DNA from: Vicingaceae bacterium
GTDB taxonomy: Bacteria; Bacteroidota; Bacteroidia; Flavobacteriales_E; Vicingaceae
Direction: 5' to 3'
DNA: 50,655 nucleotides
Assembly (NCBI GenBank): GCA_029251425.1
Contig: JAQXDJ010000072.1
Location: forward strand, 1-50,655
Both the position numbers and the translations under genes were made by a program. The notes beneath the pieces are model-generated. The model did not search any database. It was not told the origin of the DNA and worked only from the letters and a program-made list of their open reading frames with translations. Positions within the stretch are counted from its first letter, which is position 1. Every line of letters starts with the position of its first letter. Positions 41,914 through 50,655 of the stretch are shown here, piece after piece.

Positions 41914-43692
41914 TTATAAAATATCTATCTCTTTATCTTCTTGACCTCTTCCATCTATAAAACTTGGCTTTACCAAAAACAATAAGACAGTTGTGAAAAA
42001 ATAAATCCCTAAAACACGCTGAAAAACAGATTCTGTTAACATTGCAAACGTGAACATAATTACCATAATAAGCAGCATTTTGTTCTTATTTTTTATGGCT
42101 TTATAAAACCCAAAAACAACTATCATCAACAATGCCAAAACCCCTATTAATCCAGCTCTCATAAATATATTAATGAATTGATTGTGTGTTGAAAAGCGCT
42201 GATACTTACCCAATCCTCGTTTTACCAAATTCAATTTCAATAAATCATCCGTTGCTTTTCCGACTCCTTTACCAAAAACAAATTCAGGTATCGTTTCGAT
42301 AACATTAATACTCTCTTGCCAAAGCAATAAACGTAAAGTTAGTCCATTTACCCTCGGATCATTATTATCGACTATTACCTGCTCTTTGATTACACTTAAG
42401 TCATCTATATTTAAAATTTCATTAAACCTTTTTTGCACTGGAGGAAAGAAAGCCATAGCCGCTAAACCAATAACCATAACAGAAGCAGCTTTCAAGTTTT
42501 TAACCACTAAACTAACGTATATTATAAATGTTAAAGTTATCACCAACTTTGAACCTGCGAGAATTAAAAAAAAGAACAGAACACCTTGCATTATATATTT
42601 GTACTTCTTTTCTAGTTTAGAATAAAGGGAAATATAAAAAATCGAAAAAGAAGCTAGATAAGAATAGTAAACAGGATGAGTAAATTTAGCAAACTCATCA
42701 AAAGAAAAATAGCTAATATTCTTAAAAACGACTGCATCCACTATAGAGGTTAAGAACATTATTACTCCAAGAAAAATAGCCGAAACAGGAAAGTAAACAA
42801 GTGCCTTAGATTTTCTTATACAAGATATATATATTGGCAAAACTAACAACGGCAAATACGTTTCTGTAGGTTTTAAATTAAGATAACTTTGCTCTGAAAT
42901 AAACAAATTATTTAACAGCAATACAAAAAAGCAAGCTATAAAAACGAGATTAAATTTTTCAGCTATAAACTGTCTTAAATTAAAGTTTTTGATAACCAAC
43001 AACAATGATAAAATAAGTGATATATTAAAAACTGGATGAGGAAGGAAAATAGAGCATATAAATAATATAACACTTAACTCAGGAAGGCTTAAAAACTTGA
43101 TTTCCTGTAAATTAACAAAACTATTGAAAAGAAAAAACAGTATAATTAGCACTATAAAAACACTCAAACTAGCAAATGATAAAAACTCTACATCTGTATC
43201 GTACAGATAATGTTGAGGGGTTTCTAAATAACCATTTGGAGTATTTACAGCTATTTCAAGTACTCCTGTTTCACTTGTTAAAATATGCAAGTTATCTCGA
43301 CTCATTAAAGTGTTCAGTTCAACATTAAACTGATTGCCTTTATTCTCTAAAATAATGTTTTCAACCTTTATTTTTTCAATCTCTTTTTCAAAATACAACC
43401 TAATTTTTCTTGGTTCTGTTGCATCTTCCAGCTCGAAAACTATATCATTCGATTCAGGTGAAATTTTAGCATAATATGGAATTGAAAAATCAAAACCTAC
43501 ACCATTATTTTTCATTACATAAAGAATCGGAGAAGCTTCTTCGTAAGACTTATCCATTCTTAAAATTACTTTCTCAACCTTATCTTCTTTCCAAACAAAC
43601 TTAGAATACATATACCCAATCGAAAAGGAAAAAAATCCGATTAAAACAAATATGAACAATATTTTCTTTTGCAGATTATTCATTATTTGCAT
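41914..43692 (-). CDS. O-antigen ligase/polymerase-like (Wzy_C) membrane protein with an extra ~165-aa N-terminal extracytoplasmic domain
   Basis: 592 aa. One TM helix, then a soluble beta-rich segment (aa ~35-175), then about 10 TM helices and the STHNQFINIFMRAGLIGVLAL motif typical of the O-antigen ligase family. Confidence 0.6.
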   Translation of the reverse strand: MQIMNNLQKKILFIFVLIGFFSFSIGYMYSKFVWKEDKVEKVILRMDKSYEEASPILYVMKNNGVGFDFSIPYYAKISPESNDIVFELEDATEPRKIRLYFEKEIEKIKVENIILENKGNQFNVELNTLMSRDNLHILTSETGVLEIAVNTPNGYLETPQHYLYDTDVEFLSFASLSVFIVLIILFFLFNSFVNLQEIKFLSLPELSVILFICSIFLPHPVFNISLILSLLLVIKNFNLRQFIAEKFNLVFIACFFVLLLNNLFISEQSYLNLKPTETYLPLLVLPIYISCIRKSKALVYFPVSAIFLGVIMFLTSIVDAVVFKNISYFSFDEFAKFTHPVYYSYLASFSIFYISLYSKLEKKYKYIMQGVLFFFLILAGSKLVITLTFIIYVSLVVKNLKAASVMVIGLAAMAFFPPVQKRFNEILNIDDLSVIKEQVIVDNNDPRVNGLTLRLLLWQESINVIETIPEFVFGKGVGKATDDLLKLNLVKRGLGKYQRFSTHNQFINIFMRAGLIGVLALLMIVVFGFYKAIKNKNKMLLIMVIMFTFAMLTESVFQRVLGIYFFTTVLLFLVKPSFIDGRGQEDKEIDIL

Positions 43693-44773
43693 TAATCAAT
43701 TGATAAAAATTATTAGCAATGTTATTCCAATTGTATCGACTATTTAATTCTGTATTAAGCACAGAACAATCAATATTTTTAGTTAAAATATCACTTAACT
43801 TCTCCGTTAATTCCTCAATATTTTTTGGCGAAAACGATAGAGATTCAGGGAAGTTAAAATCCTGCATTGCGGTTGCATTCGAACACAACACTTTTTTATT
43901 CATTGCTAATGCTTCTAATGGTGGAATACCAAACCCTTCAGCAAAAGAAGGGAACACAAACAACTCACAATCTTGATAAAAACATTTCAATTCATCATAA
44001 GGAATTCCTTCTAACCATAAAACGTTTTCGGTAAACTCTTTCTGAAATTTTTGCTTGTAGTTTTCTAATTCTTCTGAAACTATATCTTCAACACCAATAA
44101 AAACCAATTTATATCCTTGCTCCCACAGTTTGAGTTCTGTATAAGCTTTCAATAATGCTATATGATTTTTTCGAGGTTCTACTCTACTAACATAAAGAAT
44201 GTACTTTCCTAATTTATATCTCTTTAAAATTGAACCTTTATTGTTACACACAAAATCATCTGAAACAGCATTTGGCGTTACATAAATCTCTTTTAAAGGT
44301 AAATTATAAAATTGTGATATCTTTTCTTTAGAATACTCCGAAACAGTTAAAAGTACATCAGCTTTTTTTGCCGAAATCTTAAAAAGAAAGCCATTAATCA
44401 ACCTATATTTTAAAGGAAAATATTTTTTAAATCGATTTTCTTTAAACAATATATCGTGGGTAGTAATTATTGTTTTACAGTTTTTAATGAATGGAGAAAT
44501 ATATTGATAATGTGCAAAATCAATTTTATTTGCTTTTATAATTTTTGGTAGATCAACAAGTAACCTATAATATTTATTTGATGATTTATATTGTATATAA
44601 TGAACATTTGAATGCTTTCCAAATTCTTTTTCTAAATTTTCAACATCATTGGCAACAAAAAAGAATTCCCAATCCTTAGCAACAGGAATTAAAGCTTCAT
44701 ATAACCCTTTCAAGTAGGTTCGAGTTCCTTGAAATTTATCATCAAATATATGTGCGTCTATTAATATTTTCAT
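43676..44773 (-). CDS. Glycosyltransferase family 1/4
   Basis: 365 aa. YVSRVEPRKN and FPSFAEGFGIPPLEALAM (EX7E region) motifs. Confidence 0.8.
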   Translation of the reverse strand: MKILIDAHIFDDKFQGTRTYLKGLYEALIPVAKDWEFFFVANDVENLEKEFGKHSNVHYIQYKSSNKYYRLLVDLPKIIKANKIDFAHYQYISPFIKNCKTIITTHDILFKENRFKKYFPLKYRLINGFLFKISAKKADVLLTVSEYSKEKISQFYNLPLKEIYVTPNAVSDDFVCNNKGSILKRYKLGKYILYVSRVEPRKNHIALLKAYTELKLWEQGYKLVFIGVEDIVSEELENYKQKFQKEFTENVLWLEGIPYDELKCFYQDCELFVFPSFAEGFGIPPLEALAMNKKVLCSNATAMQDFNFPESLSFSPKNIEELTEKLSDILTKNIDCSVLNTELNSRYNWNNIANNFYQLINANNE

Positions 44774-46008
44774 TCAACTTCTTTTTTGTTAGACGTTATT
44801 ATTGGTGACAAAGCTATTTTTAGTTGTTTATCAAATCTTGGAGAAAATGCCAAAACCCAATAACAATAATACATAACACTAGAACTATAACTACCTGTAA
44901 ATTGATAAATGAATATAAACCAAAAAATTAAAGACCGAAAATTAGAGCGGTAAACCTTAGTTACTCTAAACATAATCACCTGAAACAGTAAAACCAAAGT
45001 CAATCCAAAAAACCCAAACATGGTTGTAATTTCAGTTAAAATATTAGGCAATCCAAACTTTGTAGCTGGATCGTGAGTGTATTGATAAAAATCTCGAATA
45101 ATACTGTCTCCAATTATCCTAATTTGTCCCCATCCAATTCCAAATATATAATCTTGGTTCTTAGCGAGCATCCTCATAGTTAGTATCCAAGGATCGAAAA
45201 TTCTACCATTTCCAGAATTATCATTACCAGCAATAATATCTCCTAATCGGATGAAAACAGGATTATTAGGTGTTATTATAAATGCTCCAACAAATAAAAC
45301 TGAAACCAACCCAATGGTTAATAATATTAGGAATCTACTATTTTGGTCAAGAATGTTTTTTGCTCTCAAAAAATAGACAATGAACATACTTATAAAAATC
45401 ACACTTAATGTTCCAAAAGAGAAAGAGATAATTAAAGACAAAACGATAATAGATATTCTCAAAAAATCAACTCTCTTATCTCTACTTATTGATTGTGTCA
45501 AATAAAAAAATAATGGGATTGTAAATAACATTGAATAATATGAAGGCTCTGGCGTAAAAATTCTGAACCTTGGAATAACCCCAACAGAAGCCGAAACCTT
45601 TGATACCTCAAACATTAAATCTTTATTTCCTGCAAAAAGAAATGCCACACCAATAATTAGTAAGATGAGATTAACATAAACTCCTATATCAAAAGCCTGT
45701 TTTAACACATGATTTTTATAATTGACGATGTGATAAAATGCTACAACTTGAGTAAAAACAAGACAATGAAGCACATAGGACCTTCCGTAATAAAACCAAA
45801 CCATCTGGTCATTGAAGAGGTGAGTAAATGCATAAAATAAACTAAGTATTAAAAACCCTATAAAAGCAGCGCGATACTTTAAACCAAATTTAATAAAAAA
45901 GAAAGGTGCGAATATTGCCGTATACTGAAGTCCATGAGGTAAGCCAACCTCATTAAAAAAAATAAAGATGATAATTACTATAGCAGCAATATTCAATCTC
46001 CATTTCAT
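44770..46008 (-). CDS. Polytopic membrane protein, probable O-antigen/EPS polymerase (Wzy-like)
   Basis: 412 aa with about 10-11 TM helices and one larger loop (aa ~250-320). It sits among GT genes beside a Wzx-like gene. There is no strong sequence motif, so the call rests on context. Confidence 0.4.
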   Translation of the reverse strand: MKWRLNIAAIVIIIFIFFNEVGLPHGLQYTAIFAPFFFIKFGLKYRAAFIGFLILSLFYAFTHLFNDQMVWFYYGRSYVLHCLVFTQVVAFYHIVNYKNHVLKQAFDIGVYVNLILLIIGVAFLFAGNKDLMFEVSKVSASVGVIPRFRIFTPEPSYYSMLFTIPLFFYLTQSISRDKRVDFLRISIIVLSLIISFSFGTLSVIFISMFIVYFLRAKNILDQNSRFLILLTIGLVSVLFVGAFIITPNNPVFIRLGDIIAGNDNSGNGRIFDPWILTMRMLAKNQDYIFGIGWGQIRIIGDSIIRDFYQYTHDPATKFGLPNILTEITTMFGFFGLTLVLLFQVIMFRVTKVYRSNFRSLIFWFIFIYQFTGSYSSSVMYYCYWVLAFSPRFDKQLKIALSPIITSNKKEVE

Positions 46009-47366
46009 TATACTGAAGTAATGGTATTTACTGCCTTAACTAATTTTTCAATATTAGCATCTTCCATACATGCTGGATTAGAATTATAATCACTTATTAT
46101 TCCTTCAAAACTATTTCCATGAATCCAATTCGTATAGTTCTGGTCAGTTGTCTCAGAATATTCAACAGAATTAATCAACGTTTTTAATGATGTCTCAGGC
46201 TTACGCAATTCATCATAATTAATGTGCTTACACAAAGATAAACCATTAAAAAATATTGGAATAAATGTAAATGTTGGTGTATCCATTAAAGCAGCTTCAT
46301 AAGCAACAGTTCCAGAAATTGTAAAAACTGCTTTTGCCTTTTTTACTAATTGGTAAGAATCTGATTTATAGTCGATGAATTTAACTTGGTTAAAAGCACT
46401 TATTTTTTTATAAAAATCTAATTTTCGATCACCTATTGCATTAGAATGTTCTTTTACTAAAAGAAGTGTGTTTTCAGGTAATATTCTCCAAATGTTTTTG
46501 ATGATTTCTATCTGATTTTCATAATACCTCCCTGTATTATCAATAGATGCTTCAGGTTGTTTATGCAAAGTAAAAAGAACAAAATCTTTATCTGCAACAT
46601 CTGTTACCGTTAACTCTTTTACAAAAGCGTGGTATTTTTTCTTATTGATGTAATAAGAAAAGAACCCTTTAAAAGCTCTATATAAGCTATCTGGTTTTGT
46701 TGGGTCGTGCGCTTCTTTAATACGCTCACTAAAAAAATATTTTCCTTTTTTTACAAAATAAGAAAGCTTAGACTTTTTATCTAAGATGGTATTATTAAGT
46801 GCTAAATACTCTGGCTTTTTAGCTTTTAAAAGCTGGTGTTGTTCATATTCAAAACCTTCACCTCTATAAATTTGAATAGTCGATTGAAATTCATCCTTAA
46901 AAAAAGCAAATTTCCCACTAGGCATACGAACAGTATGTGGCGACAAAAACTGACAGCCTAACTCACTATTCAAACTACTTACACGGTGCGCAAGTAATTC
47001 ATGTGCCCAGGTTTGTTCTCCAAAAATGAAATCAATATTATTCTTGGAAATAAAATCATAATAAATCCCACTCAGATTAGAAAGGTATGTTTGTCCCCAG
47101 CTCTCATTTTTTAAAACTCTATCCCCATACCACATTTCATTCAATTTATATGGTGACGTATCAAAATTGCCTTTCTTGTTCGCTAAAACAAAATCTTTAT
47201 CAATCAGTAAAATTGTTTTTTCAGGGTATCGTTCTGCTAAGTTTTGATACAGCGTTCGGTTAACAGTAATCCAAAAAATATTTGCATCAGTAAGCTTATC
47301 TGCAACTTTTGCAAAAAGCAGTGTTTTTTCATAATTTGCTACAAAGCATAGGTTCTTTTTACTCAT
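46008..47366 (-). CDS. Soluble polysaccharide-biosynthesis transferase, capsule-synthesis (KpsS/KpsC, Capsule_synth)-like; family assignment tentative
   Basis: 452 aa. FTLHKQPEASID and LLVKEHSNAIG...AVFTISGTVAYEAALMDTPTF resemble the LH.QPE / GT-B C-terminal pattern of capsule biosynthesis proteins. Confidence 0.4.
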   Translation of the reverse strand: MSKKNLCFVANYEKTLLFAKVADKLTDANIFWITVNRTLYQNLAERYPEKTILLIDKDFVLANKKGNFDTSPYKLNEMWYGDRVLKNESWGQTYLSNLSGIYYDFISKNNIDFIFGEQTWAHELLAHRVSSLNSELGCQFLSPHTVRMPSGKFAFFKDEFQSTIQIYRGEGFEYEQHQLLKAKKPEYLALNNTILDKKSKLSYFVKKGKYFFSERIKEAHDPTKPDSLYRAFKGFFSYYINKKKYHAFVKELTVTDVADKDFVLFTLHKQPEASIDNTGRYYENQIEIIKNIWRILPENTLLLVKEHSNAIGDRKLDFYKKISAFNQVKFIDYKSDSYQLVKKAKAVFTISGTVAYEAALMDTPTFTFIPIFFNGLSLCKHINYDELRKPETSLKTLINSVEYSETTDQNYTNWIHGNSFEGIISDYNSNPACMEDANIEKLVKAVNTITSV

Positions 47367-48025
47367 TTTACTTTATAAATATTATGTGTAGAATAAACCC
47401 CTTTTTCAGTAATTGACTTATATACTACAGAGCCAGGTCCAACTGTAGCACCATCTACAACTTTAACACTTTTAGTAAAGATACATTTAGAACCAATAAA
47501 TATATCATTACCAAATTCAACTGCTCCAACCAACATTGTTCTATCTGTCTCAAAACCATGCGTCCAAATTTCAGCTCCAAACCCTCCAAAAACAACATTG
47601 TCACCAATAATAATAGATCGTACTACATCAAAAAAGTTACCTCTATTTACCGCAGTATCTTTACCTAAAACCACATTCTGTTCTTTAAAATCGAACCCTT
47701 CAACTCCAACTTCCTCCGGAGAACCAGCAATAAAATTTCGATCAAAAATTCGCGATCTTTCCCCTAATCTAAGAGTATGTAAATTTTTCACTCTATTAAA
47801 TTTATTAATGCTTGATGATGCATCCATCTCAATATGATCAGCTTTAATATAGTTGAATCGACCAATAGTAGCGTTAGAAATTTTTACATTTTTACTATTA
47901 ATGACATTGAAACAACCAATCTTACTTTTATAATCTATTTTATAACTAAGAAGAATATTGTATAGAAAAATCCTAAGCACATTAAAAGGGGTAATTGATA
48001 TTAAAAATGATACGATATTTTTCAT
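47363..48025 (-). CDS. Left-handed beta-helix (hexapeptide-repeat) acyltransferase-like protein
   Basis: 220 aa. N-terminal hydrophobic helix, then imperfect hexapeptide repeats (IGDNVVFGGFGAEIW, FGNDIFIGSKCIF, VVDGATVGPGSVV). Confidence 0.55.
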   Translation of the reverse strand: MKNIVSFLISITPFNVLRIFLYNILLSYKIDYKSKIGCFNVINSKNVKISNATIGRFNYIKADHIEMDASSSINKFNRVKNLHTLRLGERSRIFDRNFIAGSPEEVGVEGFDFKEQNVVLGKDTAVNRGNFFDVVRSIIIGDNVVFGGFGAEIWTHGFETDRTMLVGAVEFGNDIFIGSKCIFTKSVKVVDGATVGPGSVVYKSITEKGVYSTHNIYKVK

Positions 48026-48036
48026 TTTCTCTTAAT

Positions 48037-48552
48037 TTATTTCGACAATATTCTGGTTGGCGATTGAACTACAATAGATTTTTCAGGTAAAGATTTTGAC
48101 ACAACAGCTCCTGCACCAACAATACTTCCTTTACCAATTGTTACTCCTCCCAAAATTATCGCATTTGCTCCAATCCAAACCTCATCTTCAATAACTATTG
48201 GCATTGCTTTATGCTTGTATGGAACATTTTTGTTTTTAAACTCTAAACCGGCTGACTCTATCAATACATTTTTAGAAACAACTACATTCGATCCAATTTT
48301 TATTCCACCATATCCACCAAGTGTAGAATGAGGTCCAATTCTGGTAGAGTTTCCTATACTTATATTTTCTGGATACTTTATTTCTACAGTATAAGGACAA
48401 GAGCAACCACTCCCTGCATTTTTAATTAATGCTCTGAAACGGATTGCACCAACTACAGGAGCTAGTGAAGAGCGTATTTTCATACATAGCTTTACAAAGA
48501 AAAATAAAATTCCAAAAAAATATTTTATTATTGGAGCATTGTATATTGCCAT
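48037..48552 (-). CDS. Hexapeptide-repeat O-acetyltransferase (WbbJ/maltose acetyltransferase-like)
   Basis: 171 aa. IGNSTRIGPHSTL, IGSNVVVSKNVLI and EVWIGANAIILGGVTIGKGSIVGAGAVV. Confidence 0.75.
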   Translation of the reverse strand: MAIYNAPIIKYFFGILFFFVKLCMKIRSSLAPVVGAIRFRALIKNAGSGCSCPYTVEIKYPENISIGNSTRIGPHSTLGGYGGIKIGSNVVVSKNVLIESAGLEFKNKNVPYKHKAMPIVIEDEVWIGANAIILGGVTIGKGSIVGAGAVVSKSLPEKSIVVQSPTRILSK

Positions 48553-48553
48553 C

Positions 48554-49426
48554 TTATTTTATTAATAATCGGTTTACGTATTTGTTGTAATTCCCTTCAA
48601 TTTTTTGTGGGATATAACTCTCAACGCCAACTTCATTAATCGAATATTGAACTTGTAAAATTAATCGTTTACCTTTTTTTGGCAGTAAGCCTTTATGAAT
48701 ACCATATGTATCAACAAAAAAGGCTTCTCCTTTTTTTCCTGTAAAATACTTTATCTTATCCTTACCATAAGTTTCTTCAATCTCAGCATCAGAAAAACGT
48801 CTAATCTTTGTGAATTGATCATCTTTAGATGAAGACTCAACATAAACATGTGGCCCATTTTCCATTTCAACATCTGTCAAATAGAAAAACAGTTTTATAA
48901 ACTTATAATCATCTACATCTCTATGGAAAAATTGAGCCTGTTCTGCAGCTTCTTTTTCTCCAAACGACCACCATGCATTAATATTACTTATAGTTGGTAT
49001 TGAACCTAAAAACTCTTGAGCAAAAGCTAAAACTTTAGGGTCATTTGCAATCTCTACAACTTCTTTAATCCCTACTAAATCTTCTCTCTTATAATTAGCA
49101 ACCTGCGTTAAAGGAGAAACTTCACTGACTTTAAAACGTTTCAATTCCGATCTATATGGATCAAAACATTCTAACTTATTCAATTCATTAACTAATTTTT
49201 CTACCTTTTCATTATTAAGAAGCACACCTAACTTAGTATATCCTAAATTATTTACTTCATCAAGGTTTGGTAATTTCTCTAAAATTGAAGCTCCAGAAAA
49301 TTCAGTTTTACCAATTTTGTTAGCCTGTCTTTTTGCAATTCTTTCCCTATTCACATTTTTGTAAACACGCCTTTGCAAATAGAATTTTCGAAGTCTTTTA
49401 TTTAATATCTTTTTTAACTTACTCAT
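48554..49426 (-). CDS. Fe(II)/2-oxoglutarate-dependent dioxygenase, PhyH-like
   Basis: 290 aa. FFHRDVDD (HxD), then GPHVYVESS, and a distal GIHKG His. The spacing fits the PhyH-type facial triad. Confidence 0.6.
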   Translation of the reverse strand: MSKLKKILNKRLRKFYLQRRVYKNVNRERIAKRQANKIGKTEFSGASILEKLPNLDEVNNLGYTKLGVLLNNEKVEKLVNELNKLECFDPYRSELKRFKVSEVSPLTQVANYKREDLVGIKEVVEIANDPKVLAFAQEFLGSIPTISNINAWWSFGEKEAAEQAQFFHRDVDDYKFIKLFFYLTDVEMENGPHVYVESSSKDDQFTKIRRFSDAEIEETYGKDKIKYFTGKKGEAFFVDTYGIHKGLLPKKGKRLILQVQYSINEVGVESYIPQKIEGNYNKYVNRLLIK

Positions 49427-49429
49427 TTT

Positions 49430-50655
49430 TCAGACCAATTTATACTTCCTTTTTTTAAGAATTATAATACTTATTAGCAGTGTAATTAATGTGCTTACAA
49501 ACATTGCTAAAGTTATCCTTACTATATAGTCGTATGGCAATAGATTAAATATAGTTATAAAGATGATTCCGTTAATAATAGCCAAGTACATTTTGATCGT
49601 ATTTTTATTCTCTCTGCTATAGTATACTTCAAAATAAGAGTATACACACCAAAGAAAAGTGTATCCTACAATCAAACTAATATTTAACAATAAAAATCCA
49701 ACCTCATAACTATTACCAAATATATAGAAGTACCCAACTACAACTATAGCAACAGCTATAACTGCCGAAAACAATAAAGCTAAATACTTGAATAGAATAC
49801 TTTTTTTGATGGACAAGACATCTCCCTTCACAAAAATATCTTTCATTAAAAAGCCTAAAATAGCACTATGGGTTAATTGAATAAGCATACTAAATCGTTG
49901 AGATAATGATAATAACACCCCATTATCTACACTCATATTTTCTATCGCATTTATCTTCCCATAATTTGCAATATACATAAGTATAAAAACCTGTATAATA
50001 TTTGGCCATGAAAACAATATTGACTTCTTAATTAACCCTAATTTAGAAAATGGTTTATAGGTTTTAACCCAATTACTCAAAACTCTAACAAGTACTTTAA
50101 AAAAGTAGAATACACAAAAAATAATTTGACCAATAAAAATAAACCATAAGTTAAATTCTAGCCCTAAAAAGAAGAAGACAAGCAAAAATGATAGAGAAAT
50201 AAAATTTGCAGAAAGGGTAACAAACAAAGCTTTCTGAGGTTTATTAACCAACCTATAATAAGATGTTAGAAAGGTAAATGTTAGAATAAAAATTGATCGG
50301 GAAACAACATAAATTATGTATTTTTCGAATGGAAAAACAAAATAATGAATCAAAATTAAAAACAGTCCTAAAAAAAATACACTTAAATAAATAATATGAA
50401 ATAGCTTTATTACATCAGCTATTACCTTTCTAAAACTATCTGTATTTCGATAAGCATAAAAGAAATAACCTGAAAGACCTAGATCTAAAAAAGGGACAAT
50501 AACAACTACTAAAGAATATATATACTCAATATTCACATAAACTGATTTATCTTTAAATAAAGACAAAACAATTAATGGCAACAAAAAAATCACCATTTTA
50601 TCGAAATAACTTAATCCGATAAAACTGAATAATTTTTTATTATTCTTTAGTATAG
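49430..50655 (-). CDS. Polysaccharide flippase (Wzx/polysaccharide biosynthesis protein family), N-terminus probably beyond the window
   Basis: The track starts at ATG 50596, but the frame stays open to the window end (...ILKNNKKLFSFIGLSYFDK-MVIF...). It has at least 10 TM helices, and the position and topology fit Wzx. Confidence 0.55.
   Translation of the reverse strand, partial: ILKNNKKLFSFIGLSYFDKMVIFLLPLIVLSLFKDKSVYVNIEYIYSLVVVIVPFLDLGLSGYFFYAYRNTDSFRKVIADVIKLFHIIYLSVFFLGLFLILIHYFVFPFEKYIIYVVSRSIFILTFTFLTSYYRLVNKPQKALFVTLSANFISLSFLLVFFFLGLEFNLWFIFIGQIIFCVFYFFKVLVRVLSNWVKTYKPFSKLGLIKKSILFSWPNIIQVFILMYIANYGKINAIENMSVDNGVLLSLSQRFSMLIQLTHSAILGFLMKDIFVKGDVLSIKKSILFKYLALLFSAVIAVAIVVVGYFYIFGNSYEVGFLLLNISLIVGYTFLWCVYSYFEVYYSRENKNTIKMYLAIINGIIFITIFNLLPYDYIVRITLAMFVSTLITLLISIIILKKRKYKLV

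Noticed and set aside
1-50655. Searched for CRISPR arrays, IS elements or transposases, integrases, phage genes, toxin-antitoxin pairs and known defence-system hallmarks (nuclease/ATPase/helicase pairs, methyltransferases).
   Set aside because: None of the translated ORFs shows such motifs. No direct-repeat/spacer arrays or terminal inverted repeats were seen. The single tRNA has no adjacent integrase.

Overview
This is an AT-rich chromosomal segment of about 50.7 kb that reads like a Bacteroidota (Flavobacteriia-like) genome. Supporting signs are T9SS type A and type B C-terminal sorting domains, a PorP/SprF gene, a SusC-style CarboxypepD_reg+plug N-terminus, exact TAnnTTTG -7 promoter boxes, and almost no Shine-Dalgarno sequences. 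I count about 50 protein genes and one tRNA-Glu. I saw no rRNA, CRISPR array, transposase, integrase, prophage or recognisable defence genes. Gene blocks in order: (1) rdgB, ddl and two glycosyltransferases. (2) An ECF sigma, a zinc-finger/TPR anti-sigma and a barrel-less plug protein. (3) An M13 peptidase, an AlkC/AlkD-like repair protein, a TPR-TM-LuxR regulator and a T9SS cargo. (4) nfuA-obg-adk-hpt, followed by a PorP/SprF gene translationally coupled to a 1114-aa LTD-CotH type-B T9SS cargo. (5) Small envelope genes and an M23/LysM peptidase. (6) A three-gene envelope module (24038-27384): an outer-membrane barrel, an extreme low-complexity secreted protein and a small anchored protein. 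This is my best candidate for an undescribed system. (7) proS and tRNA-Glu. (8) chrA plus a compact 7-gene molybdenum-cofactor operon. (9) gcvT, a comB-like gene and a zinc PLC/nuclease-like gene. (10) A Wzx/Wzy-type polysaccharide locus of more than 11 kb that runs off the window edge. All family calls come from motif recognition in the supplied translations and no database search was possible.
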